Of a stretch of DNA of 64,000 bases, positions 23,626 through 34,356 are shown piece after piece; within the stretch, counting starts at the first letter, position 1; each line of letters begins with the position of its first letter. Made by a program: the position numbers and the translations under genes. The DNA comes from Hyaloraphidium curvatum SAG 235-1 (taxonomy: Eukaryota > Fungi > Monoblepharomycota), in the NCBI GenBank assembly GCA_025558095.1, contig JAIVFI010000007.1, positions 62,001-126,000 on the forward strand, in the 5' to 3' direction. Under the pieces are notes generated by a model that was given only the letters and a program-made list of their open reading frames with translations, did not search any database and was not told where the DNA came from.

Positions 23626-23747
23626 AGAGCGCGTAGATGCGGAGAGCGATCGCGCAAGTCAGACGGCGAGGCGGTCTCGGTCCAACCGCCGCGTGACGTG
23701 ACCGACGTGACCGTTCCATCAGCCCGCGCGCCCACCCGGGACCCACC

Positions 23748-25241
23748 ATGGCTTCCGAGATTCAGGACCGCACATCCGGCGAGACCTCGAAACCGAGCTC
23801 GATTATCCGCTTCGCGGACGCCGAGTGGCTCGCGCTGCTCCCCGTCGCGCCTCCCCCGCCGCCGTTGGACGCGGAAGCCGGCAACGTCGCGGACCCGGCG
23901 GCGGCCCCGCGGGCAGCGGCCCCGCTCGACATCGCGGACACGTACGCCGCGTGCCGCGCGGCCAATCGCCCCTTGCTCGCGCTAATGCTGCGCACGTACT
24001 CCGCCACGTCGTGGCCGGGGAGCATGCGGGTCACTACAGGCCTCGCGGCGCTCCTCGCTGTTCCCGGGAGCGCTGCCGCGATCGTGCTCGCCGGGCCCGC
24101 GGCCTCCTTTCCTGCTCGCAATCTTGCCCTCGGAACCGTCGCCGCTTTAGCCGTGCTGTTCCACAGGCCCCTTGCTCTGTATGTTGCCTGGCCGGCTCTT
24201 CTTCCGACCAGACCACCAACACGCGCCGATGTCGTTTCTTCGATGGCAATCAACGTCTGGATCCGTTGGGATGGGCTGCGCGCCGTACCCGGCTCGCCCC
24301 TTACTGCCCACAGGAAGGAGGACGCAATGGTATCGCTATGCCCCTGTCAGAGCTGCGCCGGCGACGTTGAGCGTGCCGATGTCCTCGAGCGATACCTGCA
24401 ATTCGTGTCGTTCACAGTGCTTGTCTTTCTTGTTCAGCTGTTTCTCATGTGGACCCCAGCCGTGACTTTTGCCACGCCTTTTTGGACCTCTGGATGGGCA
24501 GCCACCTACGCCGTTGGCCTCGTTTCGCCCTGTCTTTTCGCTCTTCAGTTGCTCGACCGCATCTCCACCCTCTACACCTTGCCGCAGGTCCGCCACCAGG
24601 CCAAATTAGCACGGCGGGCGACCGTCCTTTCTCTTTCGAACCTGCTGGATCGTTACCGCCTCGCTGTTGACACCGGCTGCGTACCGGATACCGTCCGCTC
24701 GTCGGAAGAAACCTACATCCGCCTCGGCCGCGCTCTCTGCGGGACCTGGTCGGCTTCAGGCCGGTTCTTCCCTTCCCTTCTCAAAGCCATCTTTGCGGCA
24801 CAAGGTGCCACCATGGTGCTTGTGTTCCTGCTCAACGGTATCGCGGGCTGCATGACGGCATGGCAACTCGCGTCCCTCGCGCACTACGTGTCGTACGTCG
24901 GGTTGTCCCTGCTGCCTCTGGCCGCGCACAACGAGAGCATCGGCATGGTCACGGACCTCTACGTGCACGCGCAGGGCAAGCTGCGGTCCCTCGCGCTGGA
25001 CGCCTCGTCGCGGGCGCCCGCCCTGTCCGCGGAACTAGCCCTGCACGACAGGGTGCTGGGGAACCTTCTGGACGAGAGCAGGCTTTTCCGGGCCAAGTTC
25101 CTGGGTTTCGGGGTGGATTTCGGGATGATGAGGACGCTCGCGGCCACGTGCGTCACGCTCGGCGTAGCGCTTTGGGGGATTCTCAGGGGCGTCGGCTTGA
25201 GGGCGACTTTGGAGACCTTTTGCCCCGTCGTCGCAGATTGA
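23748..25241 (+). CDS. 7-TM GRL/7TMIC-like membrane protein, paralog E (497 aa)
   Basis: FADAEWLALLP, HRKEDAMVSLCPCQSCAG, FWTSGW, IAGC, AAHN, AKFLGFGVDFGMMRT, terminal FCP. Confidence 0.8.
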   Translation: MASEIQDRTSGETSKPSSIIRFADAEWLALLPVAPPPPPLDAEAGNVADPAAAPRAAAPLDIADTYAACRAANRPLLALMLRTYSATSWPGSMRVTTGLAALLAVPGSAAAIVLAGPAASFPARNLALGTVAALAVLFHRPLALYVAWPALLPTRPPTRADVVSSMAINVWIRWDGLRAVPGSPLTAHRKEDAMVSLCPCQSCAGDVERADVLERYLQFVSFTVLVFLVQLFLMWTPAVTFATPFWTSGWAATYAVGLVSPCLFALQLLDRISTLYTLPQVRHQAKLARRATVLSLSNLLDRYRLAVDTGCVPDTVRSSEETYIRLGRALCGTWSASGRFFPSLLKAIFAAQGATMVLVFLLNGIAGCMTAWQLASLAHYVSYVGLSLLPLAAHNESIGMVTDLYVHAQGKLRSLALDASSRAPALSAELALHDRVLGNLLDESRLFRAKFLGFGVDFGMMRTLAATCVTLGVALWGILRGVGLRATLETFCPVVAD

Positions 25242-25565
25242 GCAGTTCGCACCTGTCAACGTTCTCCAACGCCCACGTCGTGCTGGTCTGCTTCCGTGCT
25301 CAGAGAAAGGCCGAGAAGGACGCCAAAGCTCGTCTCTTCACCTCGTGACGGACTTTGCCAGGATCAGGCGCTTGATGTGAGCACGCCATCCTGGACGGTG
25401 CCCGCGAAGCAGCAGGCGGCCCGAGTTGCTGTATTTGGCTCCGAGTCAAGTTCAGAGAGTGACGAGGACTCGGAGTCGGAGGCATACTAGAGCTGCGGAC
25501 CCGCTCGAATGTTGCGAATCTAATCCAAATTGAGGAGACGCAACACTGCAATGCGATGACGCTCC

Positions 25566-27295
25566 CTACGCCTTCACCCGAGCCTCGTCCGCGACCTTCT
25601 CCATTATCCCCGTGAACAGCTCCACCCACCGCGTGATGTCCCCCCCCGTGGCCTCGTCGATCGACCCGATCCCCTCCCTCCAGTTCAGCGCCCCCGTGAG
25701 CACCCCGTTAACGGTCGTCACGTCCAGGTCCAGCACGGCCCCCGTGATCTCGTTGTCCTGCGAGAACCCCCCAGCGTCCGCGGCCCACCTCCCCCCCGCC
25801 TCGAAAGTGGGCACGCTCCACGTCCGCGCGTTGCTCACCATCACGCTCTCCATCCGCCCGCCGGGGTACCCCTTGCGGTTCCCTTGCTGCATGGCGTACC
25901 AGTCCGACGAATCGCCGATGAACGACATGACGCCGTGGATGTGCACGGCGGTCGAGACGCCGCGGACGAGCTGGTCGGCGTTGGCAGCGACGTCGTCCCA
26001 GAACCCGTCCGGTAGCCCCGCGGTTTCCGGGGGAGGGTACCGGAGCACGTGGTCCGTGTTGGCGATGCCGATGAAGACGCCGATCGGCATCCGCTTGCCG
26101 GTCTCGTCGGGGAGGGAGCAGGCGACGGCGCGGAGGTCCACGGGCGAGTTCACGCGGAGCTTGATGGTCTGCTGCTTCCCCTGGGAGCGGGGGAGGTGCC
26201 GGGCCGCGACGCCGGTCTGTGTCTTGGAGGGGGAGGCCGAGCGTGCCGCTACGCGGGCGAGGATCGAGGCGGTGGCGTGCAGGGAGGCGGTCAGGAGGAC
26301 GGCGTGCAGGCGGCTGCCGCGGGCCTTGCAGGCGGCGAGAATGAGCTTCATGAGCGGGGCGGGGAAGGTGATGAGCCGGACCCGGGCCGGTGTTCGCTTC
26401 ATCTGTCGAGATCCGGTCAGCAGGAGAACCTGCGAGAACAGCGATCAAGCTGTAATCCCACCTCGTCCACGGTCTTCACGTCCGCCCCTTTCTCGCTCCC
26501 ATTGTCGTTGAACCCGACCCAGTAGTCCTCAAGGAAGAACTTCCTCTTGAGCCACGAGGGGATCACGAGCTCCTTGAACGCTTCGGCCACGATCGTCGAC
26601 ACGGGCGGCATCGTCCCCTTGGCCACCGCATCGATCGGTGGCAGGGCATCCGGGTACTTCCCAAAACCCTCCGCGAAGCTCGCCGGGTCGTACTCCGCGT
26701 AGGGAACAAAGTCCGGGTCCACGAGCATCTTGAGGATAGCCGGCCCCGACTTGCCGTCGGCAATGTCGTGCGCATACGCCATGGCCACGTCCGCGCGCGG
26801 GAGGCCGTCTTCCCCCGCGGGGTGGACGAGGAGGATCATGCGCCAGCGGAGCCAGTGGCTCCACTCGGGCTGCCTATCGCGCTCCGGGTGCTTCGGGGCC
26901 GGGCCGATTATGTCCGCCGATGGCCCCAAAACCGGGAATCCCCTCAGCAAAAGCTCCTCCATCGCCTTTTCCAGCTCCGCGTCCCGCGAGCTCTCGTCCC
27001 TCGCAGCCGTCTCCCGCACCTCCAGCGGGAGCGCCGTTTCCGGCAGGCTCTCGAGCACGTAGAACTCCTGCGGCGCCTTGCGCGACCTCTCCTTCAGCAG
27101 CAGCCGCAGATTGGGCAGCTCCTCGGCCAGCGCCGCGACCCGTCGCGCCATGTGTGCGCGCAGGGCCGCGGGGTCCGAGCCGGGGTCGCCGGAGAGGCGG
27201 AGGAACGCGAGGACGTTCGTGTAGAACCCGTTGTCGGCGCGGGTCGCGAGCCACCGCTCCATGCGGCCCAGCGGGCGGTAGAACCGCGGCTTCAT
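25566..27295 (-). CDS. Alcohol acetyltransferase / CoA-dependent acyltransferase-like (intron about 26403-26462)
   Basis: RPLGRMERW N-terminus, HDIADG (HxxxDG) catalytic motif, PVDLR, VSN. Two ORFs joined by a GTGGGA..CTGAC..CAG intron. Confidence 0.8.
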
Positions 27296-27650
27296 GGCGG
27301 ATACGGCAGCGAAAGAGGGTGGGGGATCGCGAAGGGTGGCCGCTATTTGGCGCGGGGTCCCGCGAAAATGCGAATGACCCGACGCTCCTCCGTTCCGCGT
27401 GCTGAACCGCCGGAAAATCCAGCTGTGCGCCGCACCGCTCTACCATTTCGATGTATCGAACAACCAGGACCGACTTCGATGGTTTTTCTGGGGTATCACC
27501 TCTTGCAGGCCCCACCGATTGCGCCAATCTGCATGTAGACGAAGCTCACTCTCTTTCGGGATCCCAGACACAGCTACAGCTCCCCGTCCAACATCACGGT
27601 CACGAGATCTAACAGCATCCCAAAACGAGTCCACTCCAACGGCCCCCCGA

Positions 27651-30187
27651 TCACCCCCTCCTCGTCGTCTTGCGCCTCCGCGTGCTCGTCTTCCTGCGCC
27701 TGCTTGTCGTCCGCTTCCTGCTCGTGCTCCGCCTCTTGCTCGTGGTGCGCTTGCCGGCCTTGGTCGTCCTGCTCGTGACCTTCTTGGTGGTCGGGGCGGC
27801 AGCGGGGCCGGTGGTCGCCTTGGTAGCGCGGACGGTTGTCGGCACGGGTGGCAGCACGGGCTGCGTGGTCTTTGGAGGCGCCGGCGCTGTGGTCATGGGC
27901 GGCGCGGGGGTCGTGGTGGGAGTCTGCGTGTTGGTCGTCGAGCTCGTCGTCTGCCATCGAGATCGGGTCAGCCTCCGCGGTCACCCGATCGCGCCTCGAG
28001 ATGCTCACCGCCGTCCTCGTCCTCGTCTTGAGCGTCCTCGACGTCGTCGACGTCTCCTTCCCCGGCGGCACGTCCGCCTGTGCATCCGCCGACGCACCCC
28101 CGAACCCCGCCGCGTTGCCCGCCCGCACCCTGCACTTGACCGACCTCCCCGCGCTGCCCGGCAAGCGGACCACGGCCTCCCCCGCCGTCCCGAGAACCAA
28201 AGCCGAGAAATCGGCCGAGTCGAGCGTGCAGCTAGCGCGGAAGGCGTCGGGTTCCGCGCCCGGCGCGGCGTCGAAAGCGAGGCGCACGCGCTCGCCTGCC
28301 AGGCCCGTGGCCGAGCGGAGCAAAGGGGGAAGAGGCTCCGCCTGCCCCGCCGCGACGCCCTTGAGCGGCCCCCCCGGGCTTCCCGCGTCCCCGCCCTCCT
28401 TGAACTCGAGCTTGATCGTGGGCGTGGAGAAGGTCGTGCCGACGTAGAGGTAGATCCCGACCACCCGCATCCCCGTCGCCTCCGCGGGGTCGGCAACGAT
28501 CCTGGCCGACATGCTCAGGAAGCTGAGCTCCCCCGTCCCGCTCCCCGGCAGCCACTCGGGCGCCCCCGCGGCGTCGGACCGCAGGAGCCTCGCCTCGGCG
28601 GGTATGCGCTCCCACGCTTCGCGGGCCGAGGCGAACCCCGAGGCGAGCCAGAACCGCTCGGGGGCGTAGATGAGCATGGTGCCGCGGCAGGGGTCTGAGC
28701 CGGTGGGGGGGAGGTGCGGGTTGCCGAGGGTGAAGAGGAGGGAGGGGACGGGGAAGGCGCCTTTGGGAATGGAGTGAGGGGGTTGACATGTGAGGCGTTG
28801 GAGATGCAGCGGCCACCTGTGGGTGACGACCCACCGTACACGAGGACCGTCGGCCTGTACTGCGCGTTGGTGGACACTTCCATCCCCTCGTAGATGTTGC
28901 GCTCGTCGTCGCTCCACAGGGCCATGTTCTGGGTGTTGCCCGACAAGACGCGGAACTGGATCTCGGCCCTGGTCGTGTTGTCCCCGCACTGCCCCACGAA
29001 GCAGTTCCTGACGGCGTCGTAGTTGAGCCAGTTGGCCACCGTGGGCTGCCCCGAGAACGCGATCCGCGAGGTGCCGTTGCAGGGGTCGCCGGAGATGTCG
29101 GTGACGAGGAACCGCGACAGCGCGGAGGTGTACCGCGGGGCGAGGGAGCCCGTGCGCAGGACCAGCTGGAAGGTGAGGCCCTCGACCGAGGCGGGGAGGG
29201 ATTGGCCGTCGTTGCTCCAGCGGACGGCCCAGTTGACGCTGTTGTCGTCCAGCAGGGCGGCCCAGGCGAAGATGCTGCCGCCCTCGGTGGCGGAGAAGGC
29301 GGTGAACTCGTAGCAGTACTGCTGGTCCGCCGACGTGCATTCCGGCCACGCAACGCCGTTGCCCGGCCGGCCGGTCAAGTCGGGCGGGCACACGGGCACG
29401 GGCGTCGGGGTGCGGTGCGCGGCGGCGGTGACCGTGGACGTCGACGTAGTGGGCACCGGCGCATCGCGGCAGCACAGCACCCCTCCCGCCGTGCCCGACT
29501 CGATGGAGCCGCAGCCCTGGCCGTTGTCCCAGGTCGAGAAGCCGATGCGCGTGGCGCCGGGCCAGAGCATGTCGCGGCACGCAACGCCCGAGTCGAAGCA
29601 GCCGGTGCCGCAGCAGACGGGTTCGCTGCCGTAGCCGCCGGCGTGGCAGAAGGGGCCGGGAGGGGCGCGGGTGTACTGGCACAGGCCGGCGATCGCGTCC
29701 TCCTCGGGCTGCGTTCGAAGGGCAGCGGGTCAGACGCTGTTTTCAACTAGCAACGCAACAGCAACAAGACACTTACCACGATGTCGGCATGCGAAAACGC
29801 TGCGAGGAAGGTCCCAGCTCCCGCGCCGTTGCACGCGGCAACTTGGGAGGCGTCGTCTGCCCCGGCGACGGCGAGGTTGCTCCTCAGCTGCGCGTACGAG
29901 CACACCGAGAACCCCGGCGCGCACGCCGCAGCGGACGGCGAGTACTCCGAGGCGCGCGGCTCGGCGAGCGAGCGGAAGCCGGACCACGCGGAGCCGCCGC
30001 CCGAGCCGAAGGGCGAGACGGCGCAGCCGCACATGTCGGGGAACTGCGCGGCGTCGGCGAACGCCTCGCGGGTGCCGTCGGCGCAGCACTGTGCGGCGGC
30101 GCTGCCGGCGAGGGCGAGGAGGGCGGGGAGGGAGAGGAACAGGCGGGTGGCGAAGCGTGTGGGGGACCGCCGCGGCTGCGGCGCCAT
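27651..30187 (-). CDS. Secreted multidomain protein: Cys-rich domain, unknown domain, FN3-like domain, Thr/Arg/Lys-rich tail (multi-exon)
   Basis: Signal peptide ..LLALAGSAAA; CCADGTREAF..GGVLCCRD; FN3-like VKCRVRAGNAAGFG; basic tail RKRTTSRRRKTSTRRRKTTRR. Introns near 29709-29776, about 28770-28835 and about 27950-28005. Confidence 0.7.
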
Positions 30188-31218
30188 CGTGCGCTCGGCC
30201 GGGGTTCTGGGTGTTCGTCGGGCGGTCGGGTGCTTGTGGTGCTTGTCCGCACGGTGTCGGTGCGTCCGTTATTGGGAAATGTCCCCGGGGCGGTCGCTGA
30301 GTTGGGGACGCGATGACGCTGTGCCCGTCGAGGGCCCGGTCGGCGGACGGCACCACAGCCAGCCGCCCGTCATCAGTCAGAACCGGCTCCCATGGACACC
30401 GACAAGTCCGAATCGCATGATCCCGGGCGATTCATCTCCATCGAGTCCCGCATCCGCGACCTGGGCGGGTTTCAATGCGCGAACAGAGCCGGGATGGGCA
30501 CCGCCCTGCTGAGGCCGCCCGGCCGATCCCCCGGGGCGCTGTGCCCGCGTCCTGAATGCAGAGGCACAGCGATTGCTCATTCCGCCCTTTGCCACAGTAC
30601 GAGCGGAAGGGAACCGGCTCGATCGAGGTGCCAACAGAGCAGAGCACGCGGGGCCTGTGCCGTGAGCAGGCCGCTCCGCAAACAGCGGCGGAGAGCCCAG
30701 ACGGGGGAAGCGCCGATCGCGGTGGAACCCGTACGCAGGTGGTTCGCGGGGTACCGGAGGTCCGTCGACGCGTTCCCGGAGGTCGGGCCGGATCGCCCAC
30801 CGCCGATCGCGCGGGGAATCGCCCCGTCCCGCCCGCGGCGTCCGGCTCGTCGCTCCGTCCGAATCGTACAGTGCGCGTCGCAGGCTTCGCAGGCGCCTGC
30901 GGCTCGGCCGCGACCTCGGTTTGTGGGTCTTCAGGGCGGCGACACTCGCGCGCCGGTCGACTCACCGTCCGGCCGTGGCAGGATTGGAAGCTCGAAAATT
31001 GACCAGCCGCGCCGCGCAACGTAATCGCTTGCCCAAAAGTCTGCTGTCTGCTGCTAATCCGTCCGTCGTACACGCGTGCGCTCCAGCGAATTCTACATAG
31101 CCATAGCCGGAATCCTCCTGCTCTGCGCCCTGCGTTCTGTGTGGCATCGCCACTCGATATCCTCTCGTGCTCCGTGCTCCATCCACCGTGCTCCGTCTCC
31201 TCCTCCGCCCGAGCAGCA

Positions 31219-32205
31219 TCACTCGTCCGGCTTGCCGATCCTCTGCGCGGCGCCCTTGTACTCCTTCTCCATCTCCTCCATCCGCCTCGCAAACTCGCTC
31301 TCCAGCCTCGCGGTGGTCTGCGCGATCGCCTCGGCCAGCGCCGGGTCCGCCCCCGCGCCCCCGGGCGGCGGCGACGGCGACCCCCCGGCGGCCTTCCACC
31401 CCTCGGCCTCGCTCGCCTGCCTCGCGCGCGGCGCCATCCCCGGCGGCTGGCCCCCGAGCTGCCTGACCATCCCCTCGAGCTGCCCGACGTAGGCCTCGAG
31501 GTCCGCGATCCGGTTCTCGAGCTTCTCGGTGTAGAGCCTCTTCCTCTCCCTGCTCCGCTGCGCCGCGAGCGCGTTGCGCTCCCTCCTCCGCACGATCCGC
31601 GAGCTCTCGGCGTCCAGGCTGACCCGGACCACGTCCTCCTCCCCGTCGTCGCTGCCGTCCGCCGATCCCCCCGGGGCCGACGCCATGCTCACCGCGCGGC
31701 GCTTGGTGCCCGCCGACGCCGAGCCGCGGGGGCGGTACACGTGCGGGCGGATGCCTTCGGGGTCGGCGGGGGGGGCCGAGGGCGGGGACGGGGGGTCGTC
31801 CGAGGGCTCGCGCCCGCGGGTGCCACGGGATGCGGCGCGGGAGCCGCCGCGCGAGGCCAGGACGGCGGCCATCCCGCGGGGGCGGCGGCGGCCGTCGTTG
31901 GCGCGGTCGACCTCGGCCTTGGCGAAGAGGGGGTTGTCGAGGAGCTCCGTCTCGGGGAGGGGGACCGAGGAGACGGACTTGCCGCGGAAGCCGGTCTTGA
32001 TGTCGGGCTTGCGCGGCTCCGGCGGGGCGGGAGCGGGTTCGGGGGGAGGAGGGGGGCTGGCCATGCTGGCGGCGTTCTTGGTGCCGATCTGCAGGAGCGA
32101 CGAGGCGGCGACGTCGAGGGCGACCTGGCCGGCGGGCGCGTCGCCGGGGCCGGCAAAGACGGTCGGGTCCTGGACCTGCTCTTCCTCCATCTGGAAGACC
32201 TTCAT
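31219..32205 (-). CDS. bZIP transcription factor
   Basis: Basic region RRRERNALAAQRSRERKR followed by a leucine heptad LENRIADLEAYVGQLEGMVRQL. Confidence 0.9.
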   Translation of the reverse strand: MKVFQMEEEQVQDPTVFAGPGDAPAGQVALDVAASSLLQIGTKNAASMASPPPPPEPAPAPPEPRKPDIKTGFRGKSVSSVPLPETELLDNPLFAKAEVDRANDGRRRPRGMAAVLASRGGSRAASRGTRGREPSDDPPSPPSAPPADPEGIRPHVYRPRGSASAGTKRRAVSMASAPGGSADGSDDGEEDVVRVSLDAESSRIVRRRERNALAAQRSRERKRLYTEKLENRIADLEAYVGQLEGMVRQLGGQPPGMAPRARQASEAEGWKAAGGSPSPPPGGAGADPALAEAIAQTTARLESEFARRMEEMEKEYKGAAQRIGKPDE

Positions 32206-33360
32206 CTTGTGTTGGGGAAGGGGGGTGACTTGACGGGGTGGGGCTGCTTGCGTTTGCTGGTTTGCCGCGTGGCAGTTGACTGGCTACCGCGTCAGCACTC
32301 GCTGTCGAGAAGTCGTGCGAACGGTGCAGCGGTCCGCCTTCAGCAGATCCGTGGCACTAGATGTGCACGCCGGAGGGTGCCGAGCGCGGTTCCTTGGCCA
32401 GAGGGCTGGCGACCGGGTGGCGCGACTCTGTCCCCCTCGGAGCGGTGCGAAGTTCGCACGCCTGGGAACCCGCGAATTGGAGCCGGAAACGGGCTCAGCG
32501 GGGGTCCAATGGGGCGGCAAGGCGGGTGGCGGGGTGCGAACGCGGCTACGAGCGGCGCGGAGTGTTCAGCGCGCGGGCGGTGCCGGGAGCGTCCGCGGTG
32601 CGCGGGAGCCCCCCTGGCGGGCGCCGGCCGGGCAGACGGGTGCCGCGGCTGCTCAGCGCGCGCGGCGGGCGGCGACGTCTCAGCGGCGCGGCGGCTGCGC
32701 GGTGCGGCGCGGGGGGCGGCGACCGCGGGTGCGGCGGCGCGCGCGAGTCCGGCTGCGGGGCGGCGCGGCTGCTGCGCCGGGCGCTGTCCGACTTCCGCTG
32801 AGAGCGCGCGCGGCGGCGGTGCGGTGCGGGGCGGCGGGCGCGGATGGGGGGCGCGGTCGGGGAAAGACCAGTCAGAACATGGGGCAATGCGTCAACGGGC
32901 GGGCATCGATTCATCGTCGGGTGCCCGTGCCGGTCCCCGCTGCCCCGGCCCGCAGGCACATCCCGCCGCACTCCAAACACTGTCATATGAATTATAATAA
33001 TGGGATTTTGTTCGGACGGGGTCCGGAGGTCGGATTGGCCGGGGAGCCCGGGTCGCCCTCCGAAGCCCCCGCCACAGTCGACTCGACATTCACTCGGAAG
33101 CGGAAAACGCTGCCACACCGACGGCAGAAGGACGGCAGGGCACGCGGATGATGGCAGATGGCCTCGATTCAGAACAAGGATGCCCGCCCGCGCCGTCCTC
33201 TCCCCGTCCCCACATGTCCAGAGACTCAGATCCCACGTCCGCGCACCGCCCGCAACAAACCCAGACAGAGAAAAGCAGATCCACCAGTCCAAAAGAAAGA
33301 GACCGCAGAAGAGGAGAAGATGATGCCGTCCGGCCAGCGGCGGCGGCACCCCCCAACCCA

Positions 33361-34065
33361 TCACCCCCGCTCCACACCACCGCCGCCCGGCAGCGGATCC
33401 GCGTCCATCCCCCCCTTCAACCCCTCCGCAAGCACCCCATGCGCATCCTCCCCCTCCAACGCGGCATCCCACCCCACGAAAAGCGCGAAATCCTCGGCCT
33501 CCCCCTTTGCCCAGATCCGCGACGCCACCGCCAGCAGCCCCGTCCCCTCCGGCGCATCGGCGCCCCCGCATGCGTCCTCGGGGGGCGGGAGGTCCTCTGC
33601 GCGGATGCGCAGGCCGAACTCGAGCACCGAGGCCAGCTTGCGCATCTCCCCCCCATCCTCCTCTGCCCGCGGCTCCGGCGGCGCCCCGGAGAAGTGCAGC
33701 GTGGCGTCCGAGTCCCGTGCGGCGCCCGTCGGCAGCCTCGGCGCGGGCACGGGGTCCGACGGGGGGTCGGCCGGGTGCCCGGCAACGAATAAGAGGTCCG
33801 AGAGGTCGATGCCCGCACCGGGGGACAGCAGCGGCGCGAATCCCGGCTGCCACGCGTCCTCCGCATCGTTCTTCTCCGCCTCGGCGTGCCCCGCACCGCT
33901 CCCGCCGGGCTCCCCGCCCGCCGATCCCCCCCCGCCCGGTTCGCCGCCGCCCCTCGGGCCCTCCCCCTTCCCGCCCGCCTCGCGCCTCCGCAGCGCCATC
34001 CGCCCGAGCATCCTCCCCAGCGCGCCCATCTTCCCGCGCGCCGGGCGCGGGGGAGGGTTGGGCAT
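33361..34065 (-). CDS. Hypothetical protein
   Basis: Open frame with protein-like C-terminal part (MRKLASVLEFGLRIRAEDL..FALFVGWDAAL). No family recognised. Confidence 0.4.
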   Translation of the reverse strand: MPNPPPRPARGKMGALGRMLGRMALRRREAGGKGEGPRGGGEPGGGGSAGGEPGGSGAGHAEAEKNDAEDAWQPGFAPLLSPGAGIDLSDLLFVAGHPADPPSDPVPAPRLPTGAARDSDATLHFSGAPPEPRAEEDGGEMRKLASVLEFGLRIRAEDLPPPEDACGGADAPEGTGLLAVASRIWAKGEAEDFALFVGWDAALEGEDAHGVLAEGLKGGMDADPLPGGGGVERG

Positions 34066-34356
34066 CGCTGGCTCGGGTAATCGGCGCCGGGACGCGGGGC
34101 ACGGCCGGGTGATCGGAGGCGGGGCGGGGGTCCGATGGCGGCGGGCGGGAGCGCGGTGTCCGATCGCAATGGCCGCGAGGAAGGGGAAATGATGCCGCGG
34201 TGGTGATGCTCTGGGCGGGGGGTAGTACCGGATGGGCGGGGCGGGGCCGCGGTGCGCCGGGGCTCGGGATGCGGCTGGCGGGCGCCCGTCGGCTGGAGGG
34301 ATGGCGACGGCCGACCCCCCTTCCCGGCACCAAAACCACGCCAGATCCGCAGGCAA

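Noticed and set aside
22276-27295. Metabolic cluster of TDT transporter, acyltransferase and nearby lipase
   Set aside because: No backbone enzyme (PKS/NRPS/terpene synthase); adjacency alone is not evidence.
31141-31600. bZIP as HAC1 (AAQxSRERKR) with an IRE1 intron, or as GCN4 with uORFs
   Set aside because: No convincing paired IRE1 stem-loops or defined uORFs seen; ortholog not assigned.
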